A stretch of DNA of 64,000 nt from Longimicrobiales bacterium (GCA_965202805.1 OZ241869.1:928001-992000), one strand, 5' to 3'. Numbered from the stretch's first letter, positions 20,282 through 34,405 are shown. The notes: generated by a model not told the origin, from the sequence alone. Program-made: numbers and translations.

Positions 20282-20800
20282 CTACCGGGTCACGGGCTCG
20301 AGGGAACGGATCTGATCCCTCAGCTTCGCCGCCCGCTCGAAGTCCTCCGTACTGATGGCGTGCCGCAGCTTGCGGCGCAGGCCCTCCAGGCGCTGCTCGC
20401 GCTCGGAGACGGTGGGATCCGGGGGCAGATACACCTTGCCCACGTGCTGCACGCCGCCGTGAATGCGCCTCAGCAGGTTCTTCAGGTAGAAGTCGAACGT
20501 GGTGTAGCAATGAGGGCACCCCAGGCGACCGTTTTCCCGGAATCCCGCAAACGTAAGGCCGCAGAAGGTACAGGTCCTGTCCTCCTCTTCGGCCGTCGCG
20601 CCCTCCTCCGGACCGGTCATCTGCGACAGAAAGTCGGTGAGCGGGGAGTGTGCCGGCGGCGACGGCTGATCGACCCCGCGGGCCGCGGCGCACTTCTCGC
20701 ACAGGTGCAGCACGCTGGCCACGTCGTCCACGATCCGGGTCAGATGGACGACGGCTTCCGCCGCGCCGCACTCGCTGCATACCCGGGGATCGTCGCTCAC
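20282..20800 (-). CDS. mcsA: McsB activator McsA (CxxC + UVR)
   Basis: Four CxxC motifs, GRLGCPHCY, HVGK and a C-terminal UVR (EDFERAAKLRDQI). Confidence 0.92.
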   Translation of the reverse strand: MSDDPRVCSECGAAEAVVHLTRIVDDVASVLHLCEKCAAARGVDQPSPPAHSPLTDFLSQMTGPEEGATAEEEDRTCTFCGLTFAGFRENGRLGCPHCYTTFDFYLKNLLRRIHGGVQHVGKVYLPPDPTVSEREQRLEGLRRKLRHAISTEDFERAAKLRDQIRSLEPVTR

Positions 20801-21567
20801 GGGGTTCCGTCTCTCCCTGCCAGTATCCCTCCGTCCAGCTGCAGGACCCGGTCCGCTCGCGCGGCCAGCGCCCGATTGTGGGTTACCAGCACCATGGCGA
20901 GGTCGTGGTCGTCCTTCAGCTGGAAGAGAAGGTCCTGCAGCTGTTCGCTGGTCCGATGATCGAGGTTTCCACTTGGTTCGTCCGCCAGAAGAACCGCCGG
21001 GTCGTTGGCGAGCGCCCGGGCGACCGCAACCCGCTGCTGCTCTCCCCCCGAGAGCTGCCAGGGCCTGTGCTCGAGGCGTTCGCCGAGCCCTGTCGACTCG
21101 AGCAGGCGGCGTGCGCCATCCTCGGCCTCCGGTCGCGACTGGCCGGCTATGAGTCGGGGCATCATTACGTTCTCGAGTGCAGTGAAGTCGCGCAGCAGAT
21201 GGTGGAACTGAAACACGAAACCGATGTGATGGTTTCGGATTCCGCAGATCGATTGCTCGTCCAGCCCGGACAACGGCGTCCCGTCGACGAGGACTTCTCC
21301 CGATGTCGGCCGGTCGAGCGCCCCCAGCAGGTGGAGCAGCGTGCTCTTGCCCGCGCCGCTCGCACCCGTGACCGAGACCGCCTCGCCCACGTGAACTCGC
21401 ACGTCTACCCCTCGCAGAACCCGGAGTTCACTTCCATTGCCACCCACGAAGGTGCGTACCAGCGAACGGGCCTCCAGGGGTGGCCGGACCGGGTCGTGGG
21501 GTCCCTGGTGATCGAGGTTCACGCCGTTGCCGGGGCCAACCCCGGTGGATCGACTCCCTTCATTCAT
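20797..21567 (-). CDS. lolD: Lipoprotein-releasing ABC ATPase LolD
   Basis: GASGAGKST, GFVFQFHHLL, LSGGEQQR and ADEPSGNLD motifs. The start may instead be GTG at 21522. Confidence 0.9.
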   Translation of the reverse strand: MNEGSRSTGVGPGNGVNLDHQGPHDPVRPPLEARSLVRTFVGGNGSELRVLRGVDVRVHVGEAVSVTGASGAGKSTLLHLLGALDRPTSGEVLVDGTPLSGLDEQSICGIRNHHIGFVFQFHHLLRDFTALENVMMPRLIAGQSRPEAEDGARRLLESTGLGERLEHRPWQLSGGEQQRVAVARALANDPAVLLADEPSGNLDHRTSEQLQDLLFQLKDDHDLAMVLVTHNRALAARADRVLQLDGGILAGRDGTP

Positions 21568-22807
21568 GGCGAATCGCCTCGACGGGCCGGAGGCCGGCCG
21601 CGCGGGATGCCGGATAGAGGGTGGCCAGGAAGGTGATGCCCATGCTCACCACGATGATCGTCGCGACATCCAGCAGGTCCACGGCCACGGGGAGATGATC
21701 CAGATAGTAGAGATCGGCCGGAATCGAGATGAACTGGTAGCGGTCGAGCGCCCAGGCCATCACCAGGCCCAGCGTCACGCCCAGCGAAGTTCCGATCATG
21801 CCGATCCAGAGCCCCTGCAGGCGGAAGACGCGCAGAATCGCGCGGTCGGTCATGCCCATCGACTTGAGGATCCCGATCTCCCGGGTCCGATCCACCACGA
21901 CCATGACCAGCGTGCTCACGATGTTGAAGGCAGCCACGACGATGATCAGGCCGAGGATGACCCCCATCGCCAGCTCCTCCAGCTTGAGGGCGGAGAAGAA
22001 CGACCTGTTGGTCGTCATCCAGCTCTCGATGAAGTGGCCGGGCCCGACCGCGGCGCGGATCTCCCGGCCCACCGCGTCCGCTTCCCACAGATCCTCCACC
22101 CGGACGGCGATTCCGCCGACCTGGTTCGCCCCCGCGATGCCGAGCAGGTCCTGGGCCGCCGCGAGCGTCGTGTAGATGTTGCGCAGGTCGTACTCGTACA
22201 TGCCGGTCGTGAACGAACCCGCCATTTCGAACTGACGAACCGTGGGGTACAGACCGCCGATGGGACCCTCGTTGACGTTCTCGAGCGACACCAGCACCAG
22301 CGTGTCGCCCTCGAAAAGCTGCATGCGCTGCGCCAGCAGGTTCCCCACCAGCACGGGAGGAAGGCCCGACCCGGTCTTGCCGAGGGAATGGACGCCCTCC
22401 TGCAGGTCGCGCTCGAAGTCGGTTACGGGAACGCCTTCCGGTTCCGGCAGGACCCCGTAGAGGTCGGCCGTCTGTGCGTACCCGGCGCGCTGGATGCCGA
22501 CGCTGGTGACGACAAAGGGCGCGGCTCCTTCGACCGCATCGACGGTGCGCACGCGCGAGAGGACCTCCTCCCACCGGTCCATGCGCAGCGAGGGGCCGGT
22601 CTGGAGCACCAGCACATGGGGGTTGGACCCGAGTATCTTCGCCCGCAACTCCTCCTGCATCCCGTTCATTACCGAGATCACGACCACCAGGGCCATGACC
22701 CCGAGGGTCACGCCGCCGAGCGCGATCCAGGTGATGAGGGACAGGAAACGTCCCCGCTTGCGCGCCGCCAGATACCGCCGCGCGATGTACCAGTCCAGGC
22801 GCCTCAA
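21560..22807 (-). CDS. lolE: Lipoprotein-releasing ABC permease LolC/E
   Basis: IARRYL, SVMNG, VAAFNIVSTL, EIGILKSMG and YPASRAA motifs. Confidence 0.88.
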   Translation of the reverse strand: MRRLDWYIARRYLAARKRGRFLSLITWIALGGVTLGVMALVVVISVMNGMQEELRAKILGSNPHVLVLQTGPSLRMDRWEEVLSRVRTVDAVEGAAPFVVTSVGIQRAGYAQTADLYGVLPEPEGVPVTDFERDLQEGVHSLGKTGSGLPPVLVGNLLAQRMQLFEGDTLVLVSLENVNEGPIGGLYPTVRQFEMAGSFTTGMYEYDLRNIYTTLAAAQDLLGIAGANQVGGIAVRVEDLWEADAVGREIRAAVGPGHFIESWMTTNRSFFSALKLEELAMGVILGLIIVVAAFNIVSTLVMVVVDRTREIGILKSMGMTDRAILRVFRLQGLWIGMIGTSLGVTLGLVMAWALDRYQFISIPADLYYLDHLPVAVDLLDVATIIVVSMGITFLATLYPASRAAGLRPVEAIRHE

Positions 22808-22823
22808 CCCTCTTCTCCTCCGC

Positions 22824-24395
22824 TCATTCGGGCCTCAGGATGGGAAAGAGAATCACGTCGCGAATGGCCGGCTGGTCGGTAAGCAGCATCGTGAGGCGGT
22901 CGATGCCCACGCCGACGCCGCCCGTGGGAGGCATCCCGTATTCGAGGGCGCGGATGTAGTCCTCGTCGACCCGGTGGGCCTCTTCGTCGCCTCCCGCGGC
23001 CAGGCGGGCCTGGTCCTCGAAGCGCGCCCGCTGGTCGAGGGGATCGTTGAGTTCCGAGAAGGCGTTGGCGATCTCGGTGCCCAGCACGAACAGCTCGAAG
23101 CGCTCCGTGAGACGCGCGTCGCCGCGTTTGGCCTTGGCCAGCGGGGAGAGTTCACGCGGATGATCGAGGACGAAGGTCGGGGACCGCAGGTCCTTCTGCA
23201 CCAGCACGTCGAAGAGCCTGTCGATCAGCTTGCCCCTCCCTGCCCTCTCGATGTCCGGAATGCGGAGCGCCTTCGCCCGGGCCCGCAGCTCGCCGTCCTC
23301 CAGTTCCAGGGGGTCGTCGCCCAGGGCGTCGCCGAGCGCTTCCACGAGCCGGAGGCGTTTGAACGGCGGAGCCAGTGAGATTCGTTCGCCCTGGTAGCTG
23401 ACGGTGCGCTCCCCCACGACCGAAACCGCGATCTCCGAGACGAGCTCCTCCACCAGATCCATCATGTCGTGATAGTCGGCGAACGCCTGGTAGAACTCGA
23501 GCATGGTGAACTCGGGGTTGTGAAACCGGCTCAAACCCTCGTTGCGGAAGTCCTTGGCAACCTCGTATACACGCTCGAAGCCCCCTACGATCAGTCGCTT
23601 CAGGTAGAGCTCGTCGGCGATGCGCAGGTAGAGCCGGCTGTCGAGCGAGTGGTGGTGGGTCACGAAGGGACGCGCCGTGGCCCCGCCGTAGAGGGGCTGC
23701 AGCACCGGCGTCTCCACCTCCAGGAAGTCGTGGGCGTCCAGGATTCTGCGCGCCGTGGCCACGACCTGCGACCGGGCGCGGAAGACCTCCCGCACCTCGG
23801 GGTTGACCGCCAGGTCGGCGTAGCGTTGGCGGTACCGGCCCTCGGTGTCGGCGAAGCCGCTGTACGTCACCCGCTGCCCGGTCGCCGCGTCCACCTCGGT
23901 CTTGCCCAGCGGCAGCGGCCTGAGCGCCTTGGTCAGCAGCGTCCAGTCGGAAACCTGCACCGTGACCTCGCCCATGCGTGTACGGAAGAGCCGGCCGCGC
24001 GCGCCCATCCAGTCGCCCAGGTCGACGAGATCCAGGTCATCGAACGCCTGCTCCCCCACCTGGTGTTTCCGGAAGTACACCTGAATGCGCCCCGATCCGT
24101 CTTCCAGATCGGCAAACGCGCTCTTGCCGTGACTCCGAAAGGCGACCATGCGGCCGCCGACGCGCACCTCGTCGCCCTGGCCCCGCTCCGAGAGCGTTCC
24201 CGCCGCTTCCGCAGCCTCGAAGGCGGCGGCGGCCTCGCGGGCCCTGTGGGTGCGCCGGTAGCGATAGGCGAATGCCTCGATCCCGCGGTCCCGCAGGCAC
24301 CGCAGCTTGTCCAGGCGGGAGCGCATGCTCCGCTCGAGGTCGGCGGCGGCGGAATGCTCCGCGCGGTCGGGTTCGGCTCTGGTGGATCGTGTCAT
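22824..24395 (-). CDS. lysS: Lysine--tRNA ligase (class II)
   Basis: OB-fold, YRQRYADL, YLRIADELYLKRL, FRNEG, HNPEF and GIDRL motifs. Confidence 0.96.
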   Translation of the reverse strand: MTRSTRAEPDRAEHSAAADLERSMRSRLDKLRCLRDRGIEAFAYRYRRTHRAREAAAAFEAAEAAGTLSERGQGDEVRVGGRMVAFRSHGKSAFADLEDGSGRIQVYFRKHQVGEQAFDDLDLVDLGDWMGARGRLFRTRMGEVTVQVSDWTLLTKALRPLPLGKTEVDAATGQRVTYSGFADTEGRYRQRYADLAVNPEVREVFRARSQVVATARRILDAHDFLEVETPVLQPLYGGATARPFVTHHHSLDSRLYLRIADELYLKRLIVGGFERVYEVAKDFRNEGLSRFHNPEFTMLEFYQAFADYHDMMDLVEELVSEIAVSVVGERTVSYQGERISLAPPFKRLRLVEALGDALGDDPLELEDGELRARAKALRIPDIERAGRGKLIDRLFDVLVQKDLRSPTFVLDHPRELSPLAKAKRGDARLTERFELFVLGTEIANAFSELNDPLDQRARFEDQARLAAGGDEEAHRVDEDYIRALEYGMPPTGGVGVGIDRLTMLLTDQPAIRDVILFPILRPE

Positions 24396-24420
24396 GGCGG
24401 GTCCGGGGAGGAAGACCGGT

Positions 24421-25531
24421 CTATCCGACCCCGGCCGCTCCGAACTGTTTCAGGTAGGCCTGGATGAAGGGATCGATCTCCCCGTCCATTACCTTCCGGA
24501 CATCCCCGACCTTTACGCTCGTGCGGTGGTCGTTGACCATCGTGTAGGGTTGGAACACGTACGAGCGGATCTGGTTGGCCCAGGCGTTGTCGGATTTCGT
24601 GGCCTCCAGCGCCTCGCGTTCGCGCTCGCGCTCCTCCACCGCCCGCCGGTGGAGCGCGGCGCGCAACATCTTCATCGCAGTCGACCGGTTCTTGTGCTGC
24701 GAGCGCTCCTGCTGACACGACACCACGATGCCGGTAGGCATGTGCGTGATGCGGATGGCGGAATCCGTCTTGTTCACGTGCTGGCCCCCTGCGCCGGACG
24801 CGCGGAAGGTGTCCACCCGCAGGTCGGCTTCGTCGATGTCGACCTCGATCTCATCGTCGACCACGGGATACACGAAGACGCTCGCGAACGAAGTGTGCCG
24901 GCGCGACTGGGAATCGAAGGGGGAGATGCGCACCAGACGGTGTACCCCGTTCTCCGCCTTCAGGTACCCATAGGCATGGTCACCTTCGATTTCGAGCGCG
25001 GCGCTCTTGATGCCGGCCTCCTCGGCGGCCTGAAGGTCGAGCACCTTCAGGCTGCATCCGCGCCGCTCCGCCCACCGGGTGTACATGCGCACGAGCATCT
25101 CGGCCCAGTCCTGGGACTCGAGTCCGCCGGCGCCGGGATGGACCGTGAGGAGCGCCCCGCGGTGATCGTCTTCCCCCTGGAGCATGGTCCGGAGTTCGAG
25201 GCCGCTCACGTCCCCGGCCAGCGACTCGACATCGGACGCCCATTGCGCCTCGATCTCTTCGTCTTCCTCCACAGCGAGCACCTCCGCCCACTCGCCCAGT
25301 TCCTCCGCGGTGGCCGCCAGCTCGCGCCACGGCGCCACCCACGTCTTCAGCCGGTTGGCAGCGGCGATGAGCCGCCGCGCCTCCTCCGGGTTGGCCCAGA
25401 ACCTCTCGCCGGACTGGGCCTGTTCCAGCTCCCCCAGCTTCCGTTCGCGGGCGTCGATGTCAAAGATACCTCCGAAGTTCGGAGATCCTGGCTTCGAGGT
25501 CGCGCAAGCGTTCGATGGCTTCGTTGTGCAT
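24421..25531 (-). CDS. prfB: Peptide chain release factor 2 (programmed +1 frameshift after codon 23)
   Basis: ORF0 MHNEAIERLRDLEARISELRRYL* continues in the +1 frame, which contains SPF and GGQ (GAGGQHVN). Confidence 0.96.
25459..25473 (-). promoter_or_regulatory. prfB +1 frameshift cassette
   Basis: Minus strand reads GGAGG TAT CTT TGA C: internal SD, CUU-U shift site, UGA. Confidence 0.95.
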
Positions 25532-25576
25532 GGATCCGGTCGTTTGAACCGCCCCGGCCGAAGAGCGTCCCGTCTC

Positions 25577-26041
25577 TCAGAAGAGGTGCTCTCCGCGGGC
25601 CAGCGTCGCGTTGAGTTCGTCCTGAAAATAACGACTGCCGTAGGCGAGGTCCTCTCCCACCCGCCGGACGTATTCCGCCCAGGAACGTCGAACCTCCTCG
25701 GCGAAGTCCTCCTTCAGCGTCCCTCGCTCGAGCGCGCGCTCATGCCGGTCCCGATGGTACTGGATCATGTCGGAGACGAGCACCCGCGCAAGGCGCGCGG
25801 CCCGGCCGGCGGGATCGGTGACGGCGAAGGGCCTCGGCGCCTCGGTTTCCGGCGGCTTCCTCGAAGGTCCGGCGGGAGCCGTCGCGCCACGCGCGCGCAC
25901 ACCCGCAGGCTCCACGAGGAAGATGCTCGCGCACGCGCCACAGCGCGCCCGGACGCCCCCCGCCGGCACTCTACCCGAGTCGACCGGATAACGTGCCGAA
26001 CACGCCGGGCAGGTGACCGTGAAGACGGCGTGGACTGTCAA
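25577..26041 (-). CDS. MJ0042-type zinc-ribbon protein with a helical C-terminal domain
   Basis: CPAC-x-ARY...VRARCGAC, a Pro/Ala linker, then AARLARVLVSDM...YFQDELN. TTG start is uncertain. Confidence 0.8.
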   Translation of the reverse strand: MTVHAVFTVTCPACSARYPVDSGRVPAGGVRARCGACASIFLVEPAGVRARGATAPAGPSRKPPETEAPRPFAVTDPAGRAARLARVLVSDMIQYHRDRHERALERGTLKEDFAEEVRRSWAEYVRRVGEDLAYGSRYFQDELNATLARGEHLF

Positions 26042-26074
26042 GGCAGACGATCTCCGGGTTCGAGCGGCGACATC

Positions 26075-26120
26075 TCGGAGTGGACCAGGCTCACGTCGGA
26101 GTAGACTAGGCTCACGTCGG
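26075..26120. repeat. 21-bp tandem repeat (2 copies plus a partial)
   Basis: tcggagtggaccaggctcacg / tcggagtagactaggctcacg / tcgg. Confidence 0.85.
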
Positions 26121-26165
26121 GAAGCGCGCCATGCTCCGCCGGGTGAAGGCTGGGCCGGGGCAATT

Positions 26166-27245
26166 TCAGGGCAACAGTTGTCCGCCTACCCACCACCTGT
26201 CGTGCGCCTCCGGAACCACGACCAGGCGGAACTCGGCGGCGGAATCCACGGCGCGCAGCCGCGCCGTGATGAACGCGTCGAAGGCAGCGGCCAGGTGATT
26301 CGCCAGAATCACGCCCACGAGGGTCGTAACCCGGCGCAGCGCGGCATCGCTCCTGCGGATCAGCCTGTCGTATTCGGCGCGGCTGACGTCGTCACCGTTC
26401 CAGTCCCACTGGAATTCCGGCCCAATGCTCCGGACGGCATAGTACTCCATGGCCTGCTCGTACTCCGACGTGCCCGGTCCGGGCATTCCCTGCTCTCCCG
26501 GCACCAGAAAGATCTCCCGGGCAAGCGACCAGAGGGCTCCATTGAAGGTGGTGGTGTCGGTCTCAGGTTGAACGCCGCCGACGTAGGGATCCTCGTCGAA
26601 GGCGCCCGACGCCCGGTACTGCCCCAGCGCCTCGTAGTACTCGAAATCGCCATCCATGCGTTCTCCAAGCGTTCCCCGGCGCGCGACGTACCATGCCAGA
26701 TCGCGGTAGCGGGCGCGGAAGTCGTGTCCCGTCCGCTGCCTCTCCCACAGAAAGGCCCATCCGGCGAGTTCCACAGCCATGAACCCCAGCCAGCGGATCT
26801 TGTGCAGGCGCTGCTGTCCCCATCCCGGGAGCACTCCGGAGTAGAGGAGGGCCCGGGTCGGGGAAATCGCCGCCGGCGCAAGCTGTCGCCCTGTCAGGAT
26901 GGCACTGTGCCCGTACAGAGGGGATGCTCCGGCACCGAAAGCGTCGTGCAGCCCGCCGCCGGCCAGGAGCACGGCGGGTGTCGCCCCACCCCGCCAGCCG
27001 TCGGGAGGCTGTTCCGCGGAAATGCTTGCCAGCGCCGCTTCCCAGACGGGGGATGGCGTATTCCTCGTCTCGAAGGGAGTCTGGCTCCAGAGACCCGCGG
27101 GGCTGCCCACCAAAAGCATGAGCGCGGCGCATGCGAGCCGGCGGCGCGCGGGCCGGGTGAACTCCGCCACCGCTGCGCGGGCTGCTGGAGTGAGCAAGCA
27201 ACCGGACATCGGCCTTGTCGCGGGCCGATGCACGCCGAGGTTCAT
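26166..27245 (-). CDS. Hypothetical envelope protein, DUF5683-like motif
   Basis: Signal-like segment, SPTRALLYSGVLPGWGQ, hydrophobic helices, AAFDAF and a beta-strand-like C-terminus. Start is uncertain. Confidence 0.65.
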   Translation of the reverse strand: MNLGVHRPATRPMSGCLLTPAARAAVAEFTRPARRRLACAALMLLVGSPAGLWSQTPFETRNTPSPVWEAALASISAEQPPDGWRGGATPAVLLAGGGLHDAFGAGASPLYGHSAILTGRQLAPAAISPTRALLYSGVLPGWGQQRLHKIRWLGFMAVELAGWAFLWERQRTGHDFRARYRDLAWYVARRGTLGERMDGDFEYYEALGQYRASGAFDEDPYVGGVQPETDTTTFNGALWSLAREIFLVPGEQGMPGPGTSEYEQAMEYYAVRSIGPEFQWDWNGDDVSRAEYDRLIRRSDAALRRVTTLVGVILANHLAAAFDAFITARLRAVDSAAEFRLVVVPEAHDRWWVGGQLLP

Positions 27246-28306
27246 CGGAAGACCACGCCCAGGCTCACGTGCACAGGCTCGGAGCCGGTCGCCAGAGACG
27301 TCCGGGTAAGCGAACGCGCGACTCCCAGATCGAAGCGACCGACGCGAAGGCCCAGCCCGAGCGCCGCCCCCCCTTCTCCGTCGCGCCCGAAGGCATAGCC
27401 GACGCGGACGGACAGGATCTCGCTTCCGGTGGTGGCGACCTCCGTTCCCACGTGGACCGACGGCGATCCCAGATCGCGCCACCGCTCCTCCAGTTCCACC
27501 GTGAAGCGAAGGTCGAACGCCGACTGCTCCTCAAGGTGATCCAGAATATCGTAGGCAGCCGCAAAGCGCGCCCGCACCGGCAGCGGATCGGCCTGTTCGG
27601 CGTTGACGACCTGAAGGTCCGGACCCAGGTGCGCGATCATAAGCCCGACCCGGAGCGGCACGGCGTCCGAGAAGGTGGCCTGGACACCGGCGTCCACCGC
27701 GTAAGTGGTCGCGGTCACCCCCTGGTCCAGGCACTGCCCGCGGCACCCGATACGGAACTGCACCATCTTGAAGTTGGTCCCCACGCTCACCCGATCGACC
27801 AACTCGGTCGCGAACGACACCACCCCCTGGTACCCGCGTACGCTCAGGGAACCGAGCACTTCGCCCCCGACGCCGGTCATCTGCTGGTCTCCCACGTTCA
27901 GCTCCTGATAGGAGATTCCCAGCGTCCCCACCGATTCCCGGCCCATGAGAAAGGAGAAGGCGGTCGCCGTGCCGGCGAGCTGATCGCCCCGATACAGGAA
28001 GAAGCGCCGGTCCCGGACCTGGGCGAGCCCGGCCGGGTTCCAGAAGGCGCTCTCCTGGGACGGGAGCGCCGTCATCGCCCGCCCCATCGCGATTCCCTGG
28101 GCGCCCACCGGCAGGATCAGAAAGAGGGCCCCTTCGTTGGAGGGCATCCTGCGCGCGACGATGGCAGAGGCGTCAGCCGCCGCCGCGAACTCGCCTTCCT
28201 GCGCAGTCGCCGGCACAGGCCACGCCCCCGCAATCAGCAGCCAAAGAGCGCAGAGGCGCCTTGTCAACCCGGCGCCTCGCCGTCCCCGGTGCACGCGCGC
28301 ATCCAT
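27242..28306 (-). CDS. PorV/PorQ-family (FadL-like) beta-barrel protein
   Basis: Signal peptide, FLILPVGAQGIAMG..A, FWNPAGLA, amphipathic strands and C-terminal VSLGVVFR. Confidence 0.8.
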   Translation of the reverse strand: MDARVHRGRRGAGLTRRLCALWLLIAGAWPVPATAQEGEFAAAADASAIVARRMPSNEGALFLILPVGAQGIAMGRAMTALPSQESAFWNPAGLAQVRDRRFFLYRGDQLAGTATAFSFLMGRESVGTLGISYQELNVGDQQMTGVGGEVLGSLSVRGYQGVVSFATELVDRVSVGTNFKMVQFRIGCRGQCLDQGVTATTYAVDAGVQATFSDAVPLRVGLMIAHLGPDLQVVNAEQADPLPVRARFAAAYDILDHLEEQSAFDLRFTVELEERWRDLGSPSVHVGTEVATTGSEILSVRVGYAFGRDGEGGAALGLGLRVGRFDLGVARSLTRTSLATGSEPVHVSLGVVFR

Positions 28307-28325
28307 CCACGGGCTGCCAGCGAGG

Positions 28326-29234
28326 TCATTTCGTCTCGTGATCGCGGGGAACGGCAAAGCCCAATCTCCGAAGGTGTCCACGCTTGCGCCGCCACCCGGC
28401 GAGCACCTTGACCCGCAGGTCGAGGTAGACCCGCCGGTCGACGAAACGTTCGATCTTGGTCCGGGCTCGAGAACCGAGTTCACGGATCGCGCGCCCGCCG
28501 TCTCCGATCAGAATCCCCTTTTGAGACGACCTCTCGACGTACAGGATGGCTTGAATATAGATGGGATCGCCGTCTTCGCGGAACTGCTCGAGCCGGCAGG
28601 AGACGGAATACGGTATCTCCTGGCGGTATAACTCGAACACACTCTCGCGAACCAGTTCTGCTGCGAAGAAGCGCACCGGATCGGACGCGATGAGGTCCGG
28701 CGGGAACAGGAAGGGAGATCGCGGCAACTCCGCCTGCAGCGCCTCGCGCAACTCTTCGACGCCGGTGCCCTCCAGCGCCGAAACCGGGAAGATCGGGGCG
28801 CCGAGCGCACGCTCGGCTTCCACGACCAGCGTCTCGACGGCCCTTCCTGGAACCGCGTCGATCTTGTTCAGCGCCGCCATCCGCGGAGTCGGCGTCTGCT
28901 CCAGGAATGAACGCAGCGCGCGCCACGGGCTGCGCTTGCGCACGGCAACCGCATCGAGCACCACCAGGACGATGTCCGCGTCTTCGACGGCCCGATATGC
29001 CGTCTCCACCATGCCCCGGTGGAAGAGGTCGCGCGCGGCAAACAACCCCGGAGTGTCGATGAAGATGATCTGGTGCGCCGGGCCCGAGTAGATCCCGGCC
29101 ACTCGCTGCCAGGTAGTCTGCGGCCTGGGCGTGACGATGCTCAGCTTTTCGCCCACGAAGGCGTTGAGCAGCGTCGATTTGCCGACGTTGGGAGCACCCG
29201 CGAGGGTCACGACGCCGGCCCGCGTGTGGTTCAT
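28326..29234 (-). CDS. era: GTPase Era
   Basis: GAPNVGKST, PQTT, DTPG, NKID, EIPY and the KH-domain motif SQKGILIG. Confidence 0.96.
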   Translation of the reverse strand: MNHTRAGVVTLAGAPNVGKSTLLNAFVGEKLSIVTPRPQTTWQRVAGIYSGPAHQIIFIDTPGLFAARDLFHRGMVETAYRAVEDADIVLVVLDAVAVRKRSPWRALRSFLEQTPTPRMAALNKIDAVPGRAVETLVVEAERALGAPIFPVSALEGTGVEELREALQAELPRSPFLFPPDLIASDPVRFFAAELVRESVFELYRQEIPYSVSCRLEQFREDGDPIYIQAILYVERSSQKGILIGDGGRAIRELGSRARTKIERFVDRRVYLDLRVKVLAGWRRKRGHLRRLGFAVPRDHETK

Positions 29235-29252
29235 CAGTGAGCGTCCAGGAGT

Positions 29253-29286
29253 GAAAAAGAACCCCCCGGAGACGTGCTCCGGGGGG
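29253..29286 (-). terminator. Rho-independent terminator of the rRNA operon
   Basis: Minus strand CCCCCCGGAG-cacgt-CTCCGGGGGG followed by TTCTTTTT, just after 5S. Confidence 0.88.
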
Positions 29287-29297
29287 CCGATGGAAGA

Positions 29298-29415
29298 AGC
29301 TGGCGACGACGTACTCTCCCACCAGGTCGCCCCGGCAGTACCATCCGCGCAGCGGGGCTTAACGGCCGTGTTCGGGATGGGAACGGGTGTTTCCCCCGCG
29401 CTGTGGTCACCAGCA
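29298..29415 (-). rRNA. rrf: 5S rRNA
   Basis: Contains CCCGTTCCCATCCCGAAC, GATGGTACT and GGGAGAGTA; ends are complementary. Ends +/-2 nt. Confidence 0.95.
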
Positions 29416-29589
29416 ACAAGTTCCATGGGTCTGATGAGAAAGGGTCCCGGACGTCCGGGTTGAAGCTCCCGTCCGATGCGGGATAGCTTCACGCTCGATG
29501 GGTTGACGCGGTCCGACACTGCCCGCCGGGCAGGTGCCGGACCTTTCCTGCGGACTTCCAGAGGAAGTCCTGCCTGATGCGAGTCATGC

Positions 29590-32574
<2,985 letters not shown>

Positions 32575-32710
32575 AGCACAAATCGTTGGTCTCGCATTCA
32601 AGAAACATGCACAAAAATCGATGCGCGTTTCACCCAAAGCCCCGGACGTCCTCGTATCCGCACAACTGCCGCTTTACGAGGTGCCCAAGACCCTTTCTCA
32701 CAAACCCATG

Positions 32711-32723
32711 TTGTCAAGAAGCA
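32711..32723 (-). promoter_or_regulatory. Spacer boxA-like antitermination element
   Basis: TGCTTCTTGACAA in the 16S-23S spacer resembles boxA TGCTCTTTAACA. Confidence 0.6.
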
Positions 32724-32844
32724 GCGGCATCGACCAGGAGTCGAGCCGCGGTTGCTGTATTGCAATCAGGGTTTCGAGGAAGCAGGCGGGTAGACTCTCG
32801 AGAGCTTTTCGGTCGGCCGCATGGCCAACTTACTCGGCGTCTCC

Positions 32845-34405
<1,561 letters not shown>

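Noticed and set aside
29431..29470. CTGATGAG resembling a hammerhead ribozyme core
   Set aside because: It is on the non-transcribed strand, lacks a correctly placed stem II-GAAA, and is explained as an arm of the 23S processing stem.
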